64,000 nucleotides of DNA from Myxococcota bacterium (GCA_963668655.2 CAXXPQ010000001.1:663318-727317), one strand, 5' to 3'. Positions 8,993 to 18,612 are shown, counted from the stretch's first letter. Translations and numbers: made by a program. Notes: generated by a model not told the origin, from the sequence alone.

Positions 8993-10552
8993 TCAGAACC
9001 GATACTGCAATCCGCCGCCCGCCGTGCCCGCGAAGCCGGACGAGCGGTAGCCCGGCCAGCCGGGATTGTTGGTCTGCAACCCCCGGCTTTCGAGCATGAA
9101 GAGATCGGTCTTGTAGTCGCGGCTGTCCGGAAATTCGTCCACCACGGGATTGTCGGCATCGGCGGATTTCCACTGGTTGCGCGCGATGAGGATCAGGAAC
9201 TGGGTGTGAAATTCCAGGCTGAGACCCTCCACCCAGGGCAGGTGAAACGCCATGCCGAAGGCCGTTTCCACTTTGTTGTTGTCCACGTAGTTCGTGCGTC
9301 CGTCCTGTTTCGGCACGGGCGTCTGGATATAACCGCCGCCCACCCGGGCGGTGAGCCACGTCAGCGGCCGGTATTCCACGCCCAGTTTCCAGGCGAGCGT
9401 GTCCCGGAAGCCCGCGTTGCCGGGATCGCGGATCATGTCGGAAAGCGGATAATACGGTTTGCCGTCCTCCACCAGCACGCCCAGGGCGTAACCGGTATCG
9501 AATTGTTCCCGGATCGCGGTGCGGTAACCGGACCACATGGCCCAGGTGAGATCCGTGCTGATCGTCCAGTCGCGCACGTCGAAGCGCAGGCCCAAGCAAA
9601 GCTGACGGGGAGAGTAATAGCCCGCGTAATCGAATTCCTGCACGGTGATGGGTTCGCCCTCGTAGATCTCGAAGTTCCAGAAGCGCAGGCGGTTGGTCAT
9701 GCCCGCCTTCACCAGCGACTGTTCGCGGTAGGCCAGGCCGATGCCCAGCCATGGAAGCGGTTCGAAGTGCAGCCCCAGAATGAAGGTGGCGTCGTACTTC
9801 ATCTTCATGTCCATGGACAGGTGGATGCTCTGCTGGTCCAGGGCGTCGGGAACGAACATCTCCGTATCCGCCACGGCGTTTCCGGACAGACTCACGGATG
9901 CGCCGAAACCGAACCACTTCAGCGGGCGGAAACCCAGGCCCAGAAGAGCCGAGGGACGCCGGGCGCGACGGTTGAGAAGCTGGAATTGCAGGCGATTGTC
10001 GAAGAACTGGGCGCGCTCGTCCACGTAATCGAACCCGGCGGTCATCATGGCGTCCAGGGGCAGGGAGAAGGCCGCGCCCAGCATGAACCAGTCCAGGCCG
10101 AAGTCGTACAGCACGCCGCCGGTGAGGGCGTAGAGGTTGGGATCGTCGGTGGTGTCTTTTCGGGCCTTCAGAAGATCCGCCGTGGCCAGGTAGCGAATGG
10201 CCATTTTGGTGGCCTGACTCTGGAGCGGCAGCGCGTTGTAGACCGAAAGCGGCACGTCGTATCCGGCGGGACGTTCGCGCAGATGAATGCGCACGTCGTC
10301 GAAAGAGGCCGTGAAGTGCACGCCGAAGCCGGGAGCGGCGAATGCCATGCGCCCCGGGTTGTAGAACAGCGCGCCGTAATCGGACACGGCGGCGGTGGCG
10401 GCTCCGCCCATGGCGATGTTGCGGCTGCCGAAACCGTACAGGTCCAGGGGGCTGGCGCAAACCCGGGAGACGAATCCCGGGGTTACGGACAAAAGAAGAA
10501 GAAGCGACGCGAGGAAGAGCGTTCGCATTCGTTTCGGCGTCGGCATGCTCAT
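8993..10552 (-). CDS. Outer-membrane transport protein, OmpP1/FadL/TodX family
   Basis: Signal peptide. FadL-like N-terminus (GFGSRNIAMGGAATAAVSDYGALFYNPGRMAF). Alternating beta-strand pattern and a C-terminal aromatic residue (GGGLQYRF). Confidence 0.7.
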   Translation of the reverse strand: MSMPTPKRMRTLFLASLLLLLSVTPGFVSRVCASPLDLYGFGSRNIAMGGAATAAVSDYGALFYNPGRMAFAAPGFGVHFTASFDDVRIHLRERPAGYDVPLSVYNALPLQSQATKMAIRYLATADLLKARKDTTDDPNLYALTGGVLYDFGLDWFMLGAAFSLPLDAMMTAGFDYVDERAQFFDNRLQFQLLNRRARRPSALLGLGFRPLKWFGFGASVSLSGNAVADTEMFVPDALDQQSIHLSMDMKMKYDATFILGLHFEPLPWLGIGLAYREQSLVKAGMTNRLRFWNFEIYEGEPITVQEFDYAGYYSPRQLCLGLRFDVRDWTISTDLTWAMWSGYRTAIREQFDTGYALGVLVEDGKPYYPLSDMIRDPGNAGFRDTLAWKLGVEYRPLTWLTARVGGGYIQTPVPKQDGRTNYVDNNKVETAFGMAFHLPWVEGLSLEFHTQFLILIARNQWKSADADNPVVDEFPDSRDYKTDLFMLESRGLQTNNPGWPGYRSSGFAGTAGGGLQYRF

Positions 10553-11517
10553 TTCTCCTCCTCCTGCTCGCCCAGGGGGACGGCGTAGTCCATGGGATCG
10601 TAGGAAAAGAATTCGGCCTCGCGGGCGTAGAGTTCCTCGCAGCTCATGTCCGCCGGAATGCGCACGGCCTGGAAATGGTTCAGGTCCGGATCGTACACGC
10701 GCCGCAGGTCCAGTTGGATCTTGAGCAAGGGCGAACTGGCCCCAATGGTGACCATCTCCACGGTGGAATCGATCTCGCCCTCGATGAAGTCCTCGGTGAC
10801 GAGTTCGCCGTCCAGGCTGCGCAGCATGCGCAGGACCACGTAGACCTCGCCCTGGACGAAGCCGTTCAAGCGGCCGGTGAGCGCGGGATGGCCGTCGTTC
10901 TCGAAATCCACCAGAAGCGGATCGTCGGGCTCCGTGGGCAGGGGATCGTTGACGGGATCGTCCATGAGCGCTTCGTCCGCGCCGTAAATGTCCAGCACGT
11001 GTTCGGCGCGGAAGCGGCTGCCGGGCGTGTCGCCGGAGAGCGTGGCCAGCCGCGGCTTGATAGGAATGGCGCGGATGCTTTCTTCCGTGAAGATCACCTG
11101 GAAGTCGATGTCCTCCACGATGTTCATGCTGAAATCGCAGATGTTTTCGGTGAATGAAATGTTCGAACCGTCTTTCTCGAAGGGCGTGCGCGCCACGCCG
11201 CTGAGGATCATCTGGACTTTCCGGTTGATGACCGGAATCACGGTGGTGTAGGCGATGGCGAACTTCATGGCCCAGATGCGGGGTTCCTCCGTCTCCGTTT
11301 CCGTTTCCTGTTCCGTTTCGGTTTCCAGGTCGGAATCCGTTTCCGTCTCCGCCGCCGTTTCCAGGTCCAGATCGCCGTCCTCGAACGACTGGTTCCAGTC
11401 TTCCGGCCGGCCGCCGTGCTCCGCGCAGGAAAAAAGGAAGAACGCCGTTCCGATCAGAAAAAGAAGGGGGATCATCCGGCCTGGAATTCCATGCCGTCGC
11501 CGTTCGAACCGTCTCAT
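10549..11517 (-). CDS. Hypothetical lipoprotein with ETE/DSD acidic stretch, translationally coupled to the FadL-like gene
   Basis: Its stop overlaps the FadL start (ATGA at 10549-10552). Signal peptide is MRRFERRRHGIPGRMIPLLFLIGTAFFLFSC. The start is uncertain: 11517 is preferred, but 11538 or 11577 are possible. Confidence 0.65.
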   Translation of the reverse strand: MRRFERRRHGIPGRMIPLLFLIGTAFFLFSCAEHGGRPEDWNQSFEDGDLDLETAAETETDSDLETETEQETETETEEPRIWAMKFAIAYTTVIPVINRKVQMILSGVARTPFEKDGSNISFTENICDFSMNIVEDIDFQVIFTEESIRAIPIKPRLATLSGDTPGSRFRAEHVLDIYGADEALMDDPVNDPLPTEPDDPLLVDFENDGHPALTGRLNGFVQGEVYVVLRMLRSLDGELVTEDFIEGEIDSTVEMVTIGASSPLLKIQLDLRRVYDPDLNHFQAVRIPADMSCEELYAREAEFFSYDPMDYAVPLGEQEEEK

Positions 11518-11715
11518 TTCGCTTTTTCCGTTCGCCATGTTCGAGGAAAGGAAGCGTCCTCCGATCGCGGCGGGCACTTCTGAAATTTCAATTATTTCTG
11601 AAAATACAGAAACACGGGGCGGCGGTCAAGAGCTTTTTTCATGGAATCGACAGGGGGATTTTCGAACTTACAACCGCGTAAGATTTTGGCTGGTGGTAGT
11701 ACCACCAGCCGGCTG

Positions 11716-11743
11716 TTAATACTTTTGTCAAACAGTTTGTCAA
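11716..11743 (-). promoter_or_regulatory. Putative sigma-70-type promoter (TTGACA-N16-TATTAA)
   Basis: On the minus strand, TTGACA (11743-11738) is separated by a 16-nt spacer from TATTAA (11721-11716). The predicted TSS abuts a perfect 9-bp hairpin (11710-11688). Confidence 0.3.
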
Positions 11744-11820
11744 AACGAACTTGGTCGAAACGGCGCTTTTCGGACGATTCACCCTGGCGCTTCCATTTCG
11801 AGAAATCGACGGGGCGAGAT

Positions 11821-12870
11821 TCAACCTTGGAGGCGTCGGGAGAGTTCGCCCAGTCGCTGCATCACCAATTCGGCGTCGGATTCGCTCATGGTTCCCATGC
11901 CGCAGGACGGCGTGACCATGGATTGACGCCGGATCAGATCCTCGTCCACGCCTTCCTTCACGAGATCCGCGATGGTGCCCGCGAGCCGCTCTTCCAGAGA
12001 GGCCGCGTCTTCCTTGTGAATGTTCGGATTGGTGGGGATAATGCCCCAGGCCACCACGCCACCGGATTCGAAATGATTACGGATTTCAATGGGATAGGCG
12101 GTGATTCCCCGGCCGTAGGCGTAGGCGTCGAAGTTGATGATGTCGAAGCCGCACTCTACGATCATGGACCAGTCCGTGTTGCCGCAGACGTGAATGCCCA
12201 CCCGCGCGCCCTCCTTGTGCAGAACGTCCACCGCCTGGCGCAGGGTGGAAATCACGCGTTCGCGGGTGAGGAAAATATAGGCCGAGGATCCAAAGGCGGA
12301 CAGGGCCGGTTCGTCCAGAAAACAGATGATTTCCCTGGCGAAAGGCTTGAAACGGCGCACCTGCCAGATGGATTGCCAGATGGCGTTTTGCAGAAGCACG
12401 TCGCCGTAGTCGTCGCGGTGATAGAGCGCGATGTCCCGGGCGTCGGTGACGGTCAGGGAAAAGGAGATCGGGCCGGTGGTGTGGACCTTGGCGTATCTTG
12501 GAGGATTCTCCAACGATTCCAATCTCTTAAGCGCGGCCGGGATGCCCTGGGAGTGTTCCTCGGAGATGGCGAAGCGCTCCAGGTCGCCGCCTTCCGGAGC
12601 GACGAGTGCGGCTTCGTAGAAGGCGGCCATCTGTTCGGCGAAGTCCGCCGCGTCCGGGTCGATGCAGACCATGCCTTTTTCCGGACGCTCCACCAGGCCG
12701 GGTAGGCCGCCCGAATACTGGGGCAGAAAGCCCTCTTTCCAGTGGCGGTTGGGCAGTTGGGGCCAGATGGGCGCGTCCGGCGTGGCCCGGTAAACGTGGT
12801 CCAGCGCCGTTTCCGCATCGCGGTGGGGCAGGCTGCCGATCATCGTGGCCATCATGCGAGGGGCTTCCAT
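11821..12870 (-). CDS. Cobalamin-independent methionine synthase-like / UROD-superfamily protein
   Basis: 349 aa. AGGAGAG RBS. N-terminus MIGSLPHRD... and overall length fit MetE C-terminal-like (COG0620-type) proteins. This is a family-level call only. Confidence 0.55.
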   Translation of the reverse strand: MEAPRMMATMIGSLPHRDAETALDHVYRATPDAPIWPQLPNRHWKEGFLPQYSGGLPGLVERPEKGMVCIDPDAADFAEQMAAFYEAALVAPEGGDLERFAISEEHSQGIPAALKRLESLENPPRYAKVHTTGPISFSLTVTDARDIALYHRDDYGDVLLQNAIWQSIWQVRRFKPFAREIICFLDEPALSAFGSSAYIFLTRERVISTLRQAVDVLHKEGARVGIHVCGNTDWSMIVECGFDIINFDAYAYGRGITAYPIEIRNHFESGGVVAWGIIPTNPNIHKEDAASLEERLAGTIADLVKEGVDEDLIRRQSMVTPSCGMGTMSESDAELVMQRLGELSRRLQG

Positions 12871-12917
12871 GGGTTGACTCTCCTAACCGGTTGATTTCGC
12901 AGGTTGAATTTCTTTCT

Positions 12918-13730
12918 CTACGCTTCGCTCTCCGGGCCGCCCGCCAGACGGTCGTAAAACGCGCAAGCGGCCAGCATGGAAGTGGGAATGCTCACCAGCA
13001 GCCCCACGCCCAACGCCAGCACGCCCAGAAGGTTGATACCGATAATGGCCAGTCCCAGCCCGAAAAAGGTCCACTTGTAGCCGCGCATGAGAGCCCAGCT
13101 TTCCGAAAGCGACTCCATGCCGTTTCGCTCCCGGTCCATGATGAGCAGCACGTACTGACTGAGCCCCAGGGTGAGGATAAGTCCCGGAATCAAAAGGAAA
13201 AACAGACCGACAAAGATGGAGATCGTGGAAACGAACGTGGCGATCAGAAGCGGAACCAGGCGGTTGAAGCCGGAAAACAGCAGGCTGAAACCGACCTCCT
13301 CGCCCCGGATCAGGCGCAGCCCGGCATAGAGATAGCCGGCGGCGATGACGTTCTGGAAGAGCGACCAGGCGAAACTGATCGTCTGCATGGCCCAGAGATT
13401 CTTCGCGGCCAGTTCGGAAATGATGGAATTCGCGATCCCGCTGATGACGAACAGCACCACCAGCATGCCGACCATCAGCCCGGGACGCATCTTGAAGGCG
13501 CGCCAGCCCTCGGACAGCGAGCCGCCGATCATGCCCTCCGGGCGCGGAGGCCGCGAAGCGGATGCGGGTTCGTTGGAAAAGGGAATGGGAACCGGACCCG
13601 GACCCGGACCCGGACCCGAGGAACTATCCGGAACGGGCGCGCCGGAAGCGGGCGCATCGATGGGGTTTCCGCAGACGCCGCAAAGCGTTTCGCCTTCCGG
13701 AACCGTAGCGCGACAATGGGGGCACTGCAT
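12918..13730 (-). CDS. Zinc-ribbon membrane protein (DUF975-like multi-TM C-terminus)
   Basis: N-terminal CPHC..CGVCG zinc ribbon and a GP-repeat linker. At least 5 hydrophobic helices. GGAAGGAGAG RBS. Confidence 0.7.
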   Translation of the reverse strand: MQCPHCRATVPEGETLCGVCGNPIDAPASGAPVPDSSSGPGPGPGPVPIPFSNEPASASRPPRPEGMIGGSLSEGWRAFKMRPGLMVGMLVVLFVISGIANSIISELAAKNLWAMQTISFAWSLFQNVIAAGYLYAGLRLIRGEEVGFSLLFSGFNRLVPLLIATFVSTISIFVGLFFLLIPGLILTLGLSQYVLLIMDRERNGMESLSESWALMRGYKWTFFGLGLAIIGINLLGVLALGVGLLVSIPTSMLAACAFYDRLAGGPESEA

Positions 13731-13762
13731 GGGAACTCTCCTTCCGAATGGATTCCAAGTCC

Positions 13763-15364
13763 TCAGAAATACACGGAAAGCGACGTTTCGAACACGTACT
13801 GGTTTTCCGTGGCGTCGCGGTCGAAATCGTTGACGAAAACCGCCGCCGCCCGCCCCGGAACCAGCACGCCGCCCACCAGGTGGAAGGACAGGATTTCCTT
13901 ATAGCGGAATTCCAGATCCAGATCCATCTCGACGCCCACCATTTGTCCGCCCATGGCGTTGTCCTTTTCCAGAACGAAGCCCGTTCCGACGATGAGCGTT
14001 GGGACGAAGAAGCCCTTGACATCGTAAGAGAAAGCCGCGTCCGTCAGCGAATATCCGGGGCGGATGACGAAGAACTTTCCCCGGCTTTCGGCCAGGCGCT
14101 CGTCCAGGTTGAAGCCCATGTCCCGGATCTCGTTCTCGGACAGAAGCAGCGTGCGGCTGCGGCTTTTTCCGGAGTAGAAAAAGGCGTGGTTGGAGGCGTT
14201 GCGATCGTGGGAATCGTCGGGGCTCAGCAGCAACTGGTTGACTTCCGCGCGGAAGGCCCCGGCGGTGAATTCTCCCCATGCCTGCAAGGCCCAGGCGGTG
14301 GTGTCCTCGTCACCGCTGGTGGAGCCGTTCTCCATGTTGCCCACCTGGAAATCCAGATCCAGGCCGAAGCGGGCGAAACCGTAATCGGCGCTGATCTTCA
14401 CGCCCGGCGCGAAGAGATTCAGTGTGTGGTCCACCATCTGCTGGTCCAAAAGCCCGTAGAACGCCACCGCGATTCTCCAGTTGGGCAGCGGAAAATCCGC
14501 CCGCAGACCGTAGGCGAAGGTGTCGTGACGGAAATTGTTGGCGTCGAGCCCCACGCCCTCGTAGGTCTGGTCCGGCATCTGGGCGGCGGTGAAGGTGAAG
14601 CGCGCCCAGTCGAGGTCCGTAAAGAGGCTGGCCGCGCCCAGCCAGTGCCCGAGAAACAGCGCCGAGGGATCTTCCAGATATTGGTAACCGATCTTGAAGC
14701 CGAAGCGCCCGTCCAGAAAGACGCCCTTCGTGTATAGTTCCCGGAAGGCCAGGCGGAAGGCGTCGTCTTGTCCCGTCTCGTAGCGGTCCGGGTCGTTCTT
14801 GCCCCAGAGGTTCAACCCCACCTCCATCTCCCAGACGATCTCGATGGGATCGACGGGAAAGAGGGACAGCCGGGGTTTGAGGAACGTGCCCAGAACGCCC
14901 ACGCTCTGGCCTTCCTTGTCGTAATAGGGCTTGGTGGGATCGAAGTTGGAATCGTTCTGATAGTGAAGCACGGTCTGGAATTCGGCGTCGAAGCGCAGAC
15001 GTTTCCGCACGGTGTCGAGCACGTTCTCCTTGGCGGTCTGCTCCTTCTCCTTGCGGATTTCCGCCCGTTCCTTTTCCGCCTTTTGCTTGGCTTCCCGCAG
15101 ATCCTCCCGGGCGTTCTCCACGCCTTCCGGCGTGGGAGCCTTCGCCTGCGAAGCGGGTTCGGTCTCCACGGCTTTTTCCGGAGCGGGCGTTTCGGTCGGG
15201 GCCTCGGCGGGCGCGGCGTCCGGAGCGGGAGCCGCCGCCGGAGCGGCGTCCGTGGCGGGAGTCTCCGTGGCGGAAGCGCCTTCCGACGCGGCGTCCTGGG
15301 CGAAGAGCGCCGGGGAGAACAGGGCGAACGCCAGCGAAAGCAGACAGATCATCGTGTTTTTCAT
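13763..15364 (-). CDS. Putative outer-membrane beta-barrel protein (unknown family)
   Basis: AGGAGG RBS before the ATG at 15364 (MKNTMICLL..ALFAQD, SPI-type signal). An A/P-rich linker and a K/E-rich helix follow. The long alternating beta pattern ends in ..SLSVYF. Confidence 0.7.
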   Translation of the reverse strand: MKNTMICLLSLAFALFSPALFAQDAASEGASATETPATDAAPAAAPAPDAAPAEAPTETPAPEKAVETEPASQAKAPTPEGVENAREDLREAKQKAEKERAEIRKEKEQTAKENVLDTVRKRLRFDAEFQTVLHYQNDSNFDPTKPYYDKEGQSVGVLGTFLKPRLSLFPVDPIEIVWEMEVGLNLWGKNDPDRYETGQDDAFRLAFRELYTKGVFLDGRFGFKIGYQYLEDPSALFLGHWLGAASLFTDLDWARFTFTAAQMPDQTYEGVGLDANNFRHDTFAYGLRADFPLPNWRIAVAFYGLLDQQMVDHTLNLFAPGVKISADYGFARFGLDLDFQVGNMENGSTSGDEDTTAWALQAWGEFTAGAFRAEVNQLLLSPDDSHDRNASNHAFFYSGKSRSRTLLLSENEIRDMGFNLDERLAESRGKFFVIRPGYSLTDAAFSYDVKGFFVPTLIVGTGFVLEKDNAMGGQMVGVEMDLDLEFRYKEILSFHLVGGVLVPGRAAAVFVNDFDRDATENQYVFETSLSVYF

Positions 15365-15380
15365 GGTCTTTCCTCCTTTC

Positions 15381-17933
15381 CTAGCGTCCGACGACTTCAT
15401 CGCCGCGGATGAAGTAATCCCAGCCGTTCACGTCCTGGCCCGCGATGGGCGGCCGCAGGGTCAGTTTGTGCTCCACGCCGGGCTCGTCCTTTTCGGGGTG
15501 GTAATACAGCGTCTGGCCGGCGTCGTCCCAGGCGGCCCAGCCGTCGGAAAGCCAGACGTAAAAGCCGTCCGGGTACTGGACGTTCGGCACGAAGACCTTG
15601 GTGGGCGCTTCCGTTTCCTTGGATTCGAAGACCAGTTCGAACTCCCGCTCGGCGTCGGGCAGGCCCTTTTCGGGATCGAAGTAATGCAGCGGACTGTAAA
15701 AATGCATGGAAACGGGCTTTCCGGAAAGCGCCAGGGGATAGGGGCGGATCCAGGCTTCCCAACCTCGGGGCTCGCCGTTTTCGTCGATGATGCTGAAGTC
15801 CTCGTGGTTCCACCAGTCGCCGTAGAGCGGATCGTTTCCGGGTGTGTAGCACCAGTTGAGGTTGGACAAAAACAGCCCTTCGAAGGCTTCGTAGAAATTG
15901 TCCAGGATTTCGGCCGAGAGGCGATAGTTCTGTTCCCGGGACTGCTGCCAGCCGGGTTTCTCGGCGTCCTCGCCCCGGTATCGGTAGTTCCAGTAGGTGC
16001 CGAACTCGCCGTAAACCACCGGCATGTTCTCCAGCCCGTAGGTGGCCTGGTTCACCTTCTCCTGCAAATGTTCCGTATAGTCCCGATAGCGGTATTCCTC
16101 CACGCTGAACTCCCGGGGTTCCTTGTTGAAGCCGATATAGGGATAGATGTCCGGGTACCAGTGGGGAGAATAGACCAGGTTGTCGATACCCGCCGGCGGG
16201 ATGGGATACTGTTCCCACTGGCCGCCCAGACCGCCGCCGCCCAGCAGCATGGCGGGAGAGAAGGCCGGCTCGATCCAGATGATGGCGTCCGGATCCACTT
16301 CCTGTACGGCCTTTCCCACGCGCTCGAAGAGCGGACGCAGGTAGGTGCGGTCGAAATCGTTGTTCAATCCCGCCGCCGCGAACAGATCCATGTCCGCGAA
16401 GCCCCACTTGCGTTTCACCTCGGCCTTGTCGGCCTCCAGCAGATCCTCGTCGTCCGCGTATTTCGGATCGTCCGGATCGGGCAGGCGGGGAAGCAGGTCC
16501 AGGTATTTCAGAATGTAATACAGTTTGGAGGCCAGGGTTTTGTTGATGGGATCGTCGCTGTCCGGCTCCCCCGGAACCAGGATCCCGCTGGGGATTTCCG
16601 ATTGCAGAAACTCCATGCCGTTCAACACGTCCTTGATGGTGCTTTCGAGGCCGGTCTGGAAATAGGCCGCCACCACGGTCATGAGGATGAAGACGCTGGT
16701 GGGCTCGTTCATGAGGTCGTAGCCGATGACGTTGGGATACTTTTTGGCGCGCTCCGCCACGGCCACCCAGGCTTTCTCGTAGCCTTCCTGGAGATACTCC
16801 TTCAGATTCGGGGCGTTTTCGGGATCGGCCACGTCCTCGATGGATTTCACCTCTCCGTTTTCCACGCGCAGTTTCGGAAAGACCTTTTCCCCGGCGAAGA
16901 AGGCGGCGTAGGCGCGCTCCACGTCCAGGGAAATCACCACGTTGGTTCCCCAGAAAGTAAAGGGCAGCATATCGGTGGTTTCCGTGCGGTCCCAGGATTT
17001 CTTCGGCAGGCGTTTGTAAAGCGCCTCGGTCAGGCGTCCCACCATCTCGCGCTGTTCTTCGTTCAGAAAGCTTTCCCCGTTCAGGGCCTCGTCCGCGGCG
17101 ATGAGCGGCAAAAGCGTATCGATGACGAAACTCTTCAGGTCCGGCGCGCCGTCCCCGTTCTCGTCCAGGGCCAGGGATCCCAATAAATGATGGATGCCCC
17201 AGTATTTGGAATCGAAGTTCTTTTCCGGCAAGGCGATCCGGGTGGCCCAGAAGGGCGCGCCGTCGCCCGCCACCTTGTCGGTGTAGCCGTAGGGCAGCAT
17301 GTTGGTTCCCGAGGGCTTGCCGTCGTTCGGCTTCGGCGGGAAAAGGGAGAGCAGCGAGCCCAGCAGTCCCTCCATGCCCGCCATGGGCGACTGCCCCGTG
17401 AGCGGATCGGCGTAGTCCGCCAGGATTTCCTCGATATCCGTCAGGTCCGGTGTTTCGTTGTACATGGAGTGCAGAAAGCGGCTCCAGAGGTTCTCGTGGG
17501 CGTTGATGACCACGTAGATGCCGTGCTCGTTGGCCTTGCGGATCAGTTTCTCGAAATAGTCCAGAAAGGCTTCGTCCACCTCGCCCTGGGCTTCCGGCAT
17601 GACGGCCTCCCACATGAACAGCAGCCGGATGGTGCGCATGCCGGTGTCTCGAAGATGGGCGAACCAGCGGTCCATCTCCTCTTCCGGAAAGGGGCGGCCG
17701 ATGTAGGTGAAGTCGTGGGGATCGGACGGGTTGACGGTGTAGGGCGCCTTGGTGCTGCCGCTGACGTTGGTGCCGCGCAGATGGAGATAGCGTCCCTCCG
17801 CGTCGCGGATGTAGTTGCGGTCCAGCGTCACCGGCGAGACGGCGGTTTCGAACATGGGATCGCTGGAATCGCAGGCCAGGGCGGCCGACAGAAAAGCGAA
17901 CAGACAGAAGAGCCTTCCTATCCAGTGTTTCAT
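15381..17933 (-). CDS. Glycoside hydrolase family 5 lipoprotein (endoglycoceramidase-like)
   Basis: Lipobox LSAALAC. GH5 acid/base motif YDLMNEPTS and nucleophile motif VVYGEFG. N-terminal LRGTNVSG..K resembles endoglycoceramidase-type GH5. Confidence 0.8.
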   Translation of the reverse strand: MKHWIGRLFCLFAFLSAALACDSSDPMFETAVSPVTLDRNYIRDAEGRYLHLRGTNVSGSTKAPYTVNPSDPHDFTYIGRPFPEEEMDRWFAHLRDTGMRTIRLLFMWEAVMPEAQGEVDEAFLDYFEKLIRKANEHGIYVVINAHENLWSRFLHSMYNETPDLTDIEEILADYADPLTGQSPMAGMEGLLGSLLSLFPPKPNDGKPSGTNMLPYGYTDKVAGDGAPFWATRIALPEKNFDSKYWGIHHLLGSLALDENGDGAPDLKSFVIDTLLPLIAADEALNGESFLNEEQREMVGRLTEALYKRLPKKSWDRTETTDMLPFTFWGTNVVISLDVERAYAAFFAGEKVFPKLRVENGEVKSIEDVADPENAPNLKEYLQEGYEKAWVAVAERAKKYPNVIGYDLMNEPTSVFILMTVVAAYFQTGLESTIKDVLNGMEFLQSEIPSGILVPGEPDSDDPINKTLASKLYYILKYLDLLPRLPDPDDPKYADDEDLLEADKAEVKRKWGFADMDLFAAAGLNNDFDRTYLRPLFERVGKAVQEVDPDAIIWIEPAFSPAMLLGGGGLGGQWEQYPIPPAGIDNLVYSPHWYPDIYPYIGFNKEPREFSVEEYRYRDYTEHLQEKVNQATYGLENMPVVYGEFGTYWNYRYRGEDAEKPGWQQSREQNYRLSAEILDNFYEAFEGLFLSNLNWCYTPGNDPLYGDWWNHEDFSIIDENGEPRGWEAWIRPYPLALSGKPVSMHFYSPLHYFDPEKGLPDAEREFELVFESKETEAPTKVFVPNVQYPDGFYVWLSDGWAAWDDAGQTLYYHPEKDEPGVEHKLTLRPPIAGQDVNGWDYFIRGDEVVGR

Positions 17934-18612
17934 TGCGTGTGCCTCCCGAATGGATGGAATGAGACGGGCTCTATCTGCGTAGCATTTCCGGGGCGAATTG
18001 TCCAGCGATATCGGGCCGTCTCAGGCGGATGCGGGCGTAAGGGAGGCCGATTCGGGCAAGCGCCCCGTGAAAGCCGGGCCGTTTTGCGTCGCCGGGTTTT
18101 CCCGACGCGCGGTCGCCGGCGCGATCCATGATTTTCGTGCTTGAAACGATTCTCCGCCGGTGAAATTATGACGAGAATGGCCGCCTGGCCGACGGAATTC
18201 AGAAAAAAACGTAAAATCTCAAAAAAATAGCAAGGGGAATTTTTCCTCCGAGCGGCATCCGGAGTGGGCAAGAATTGCCCGGTTCGTCACTCGAAACCAA
18301 AAAACGGAAGGATTCCGGACAGACGCAAAGCGCTTTCACCCGGCAAGATCTGCCGACCGGTCTGGAGTAATTTTCCTAGTAATTTCAAGCACTTAAAATC
18401 TCTAAAGCCGCTGTTTTTCATGGAGTCCTTTCGCCCTGTAGCCGAATTAATGCACGGAAACGAAAGAGCCTTTCAAACTGGCTCCGGAATGAAAACGAGG
18501 ATGAATCGGCGAATCGGGCGACGCCCGTTCGCTTGGAAACCAGGGTTCCCAAACGGAGAACTCCCAAAAAGGACGGCGGGCATTCGGCCGGCCACATTTC
18601 AAGGAGGAAGCT

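Noticed and set aside
8595-10588. ORFs 8595..10460(-) and 8990..10588(+) overlapping the FadL-like gene
   Set aside because: The translations are R/G/P-rich or H/V/G-rich nonsense. Only the frame at 8993..10552(-) shows a signal peptide and beta-barrel features.
15012-17613. ORFs 15012..17186(+) and 15397..17613(-) overlapping the GH5 gene
   Set aside because: These are alternative-frame and antisense shadows. GH5 catalytic motifs occur only in frame 15381..17933(-).
18441-18450. GCCGAATTAA as a sigma-28 -10 box upstream of fliC-1
   Set aside because: Only 5 of 8 positions match GCCGATAA, and no TAAA-type -35 lies at the required 11-15-nt spacing. It also sits ~165 nt from the start codon.
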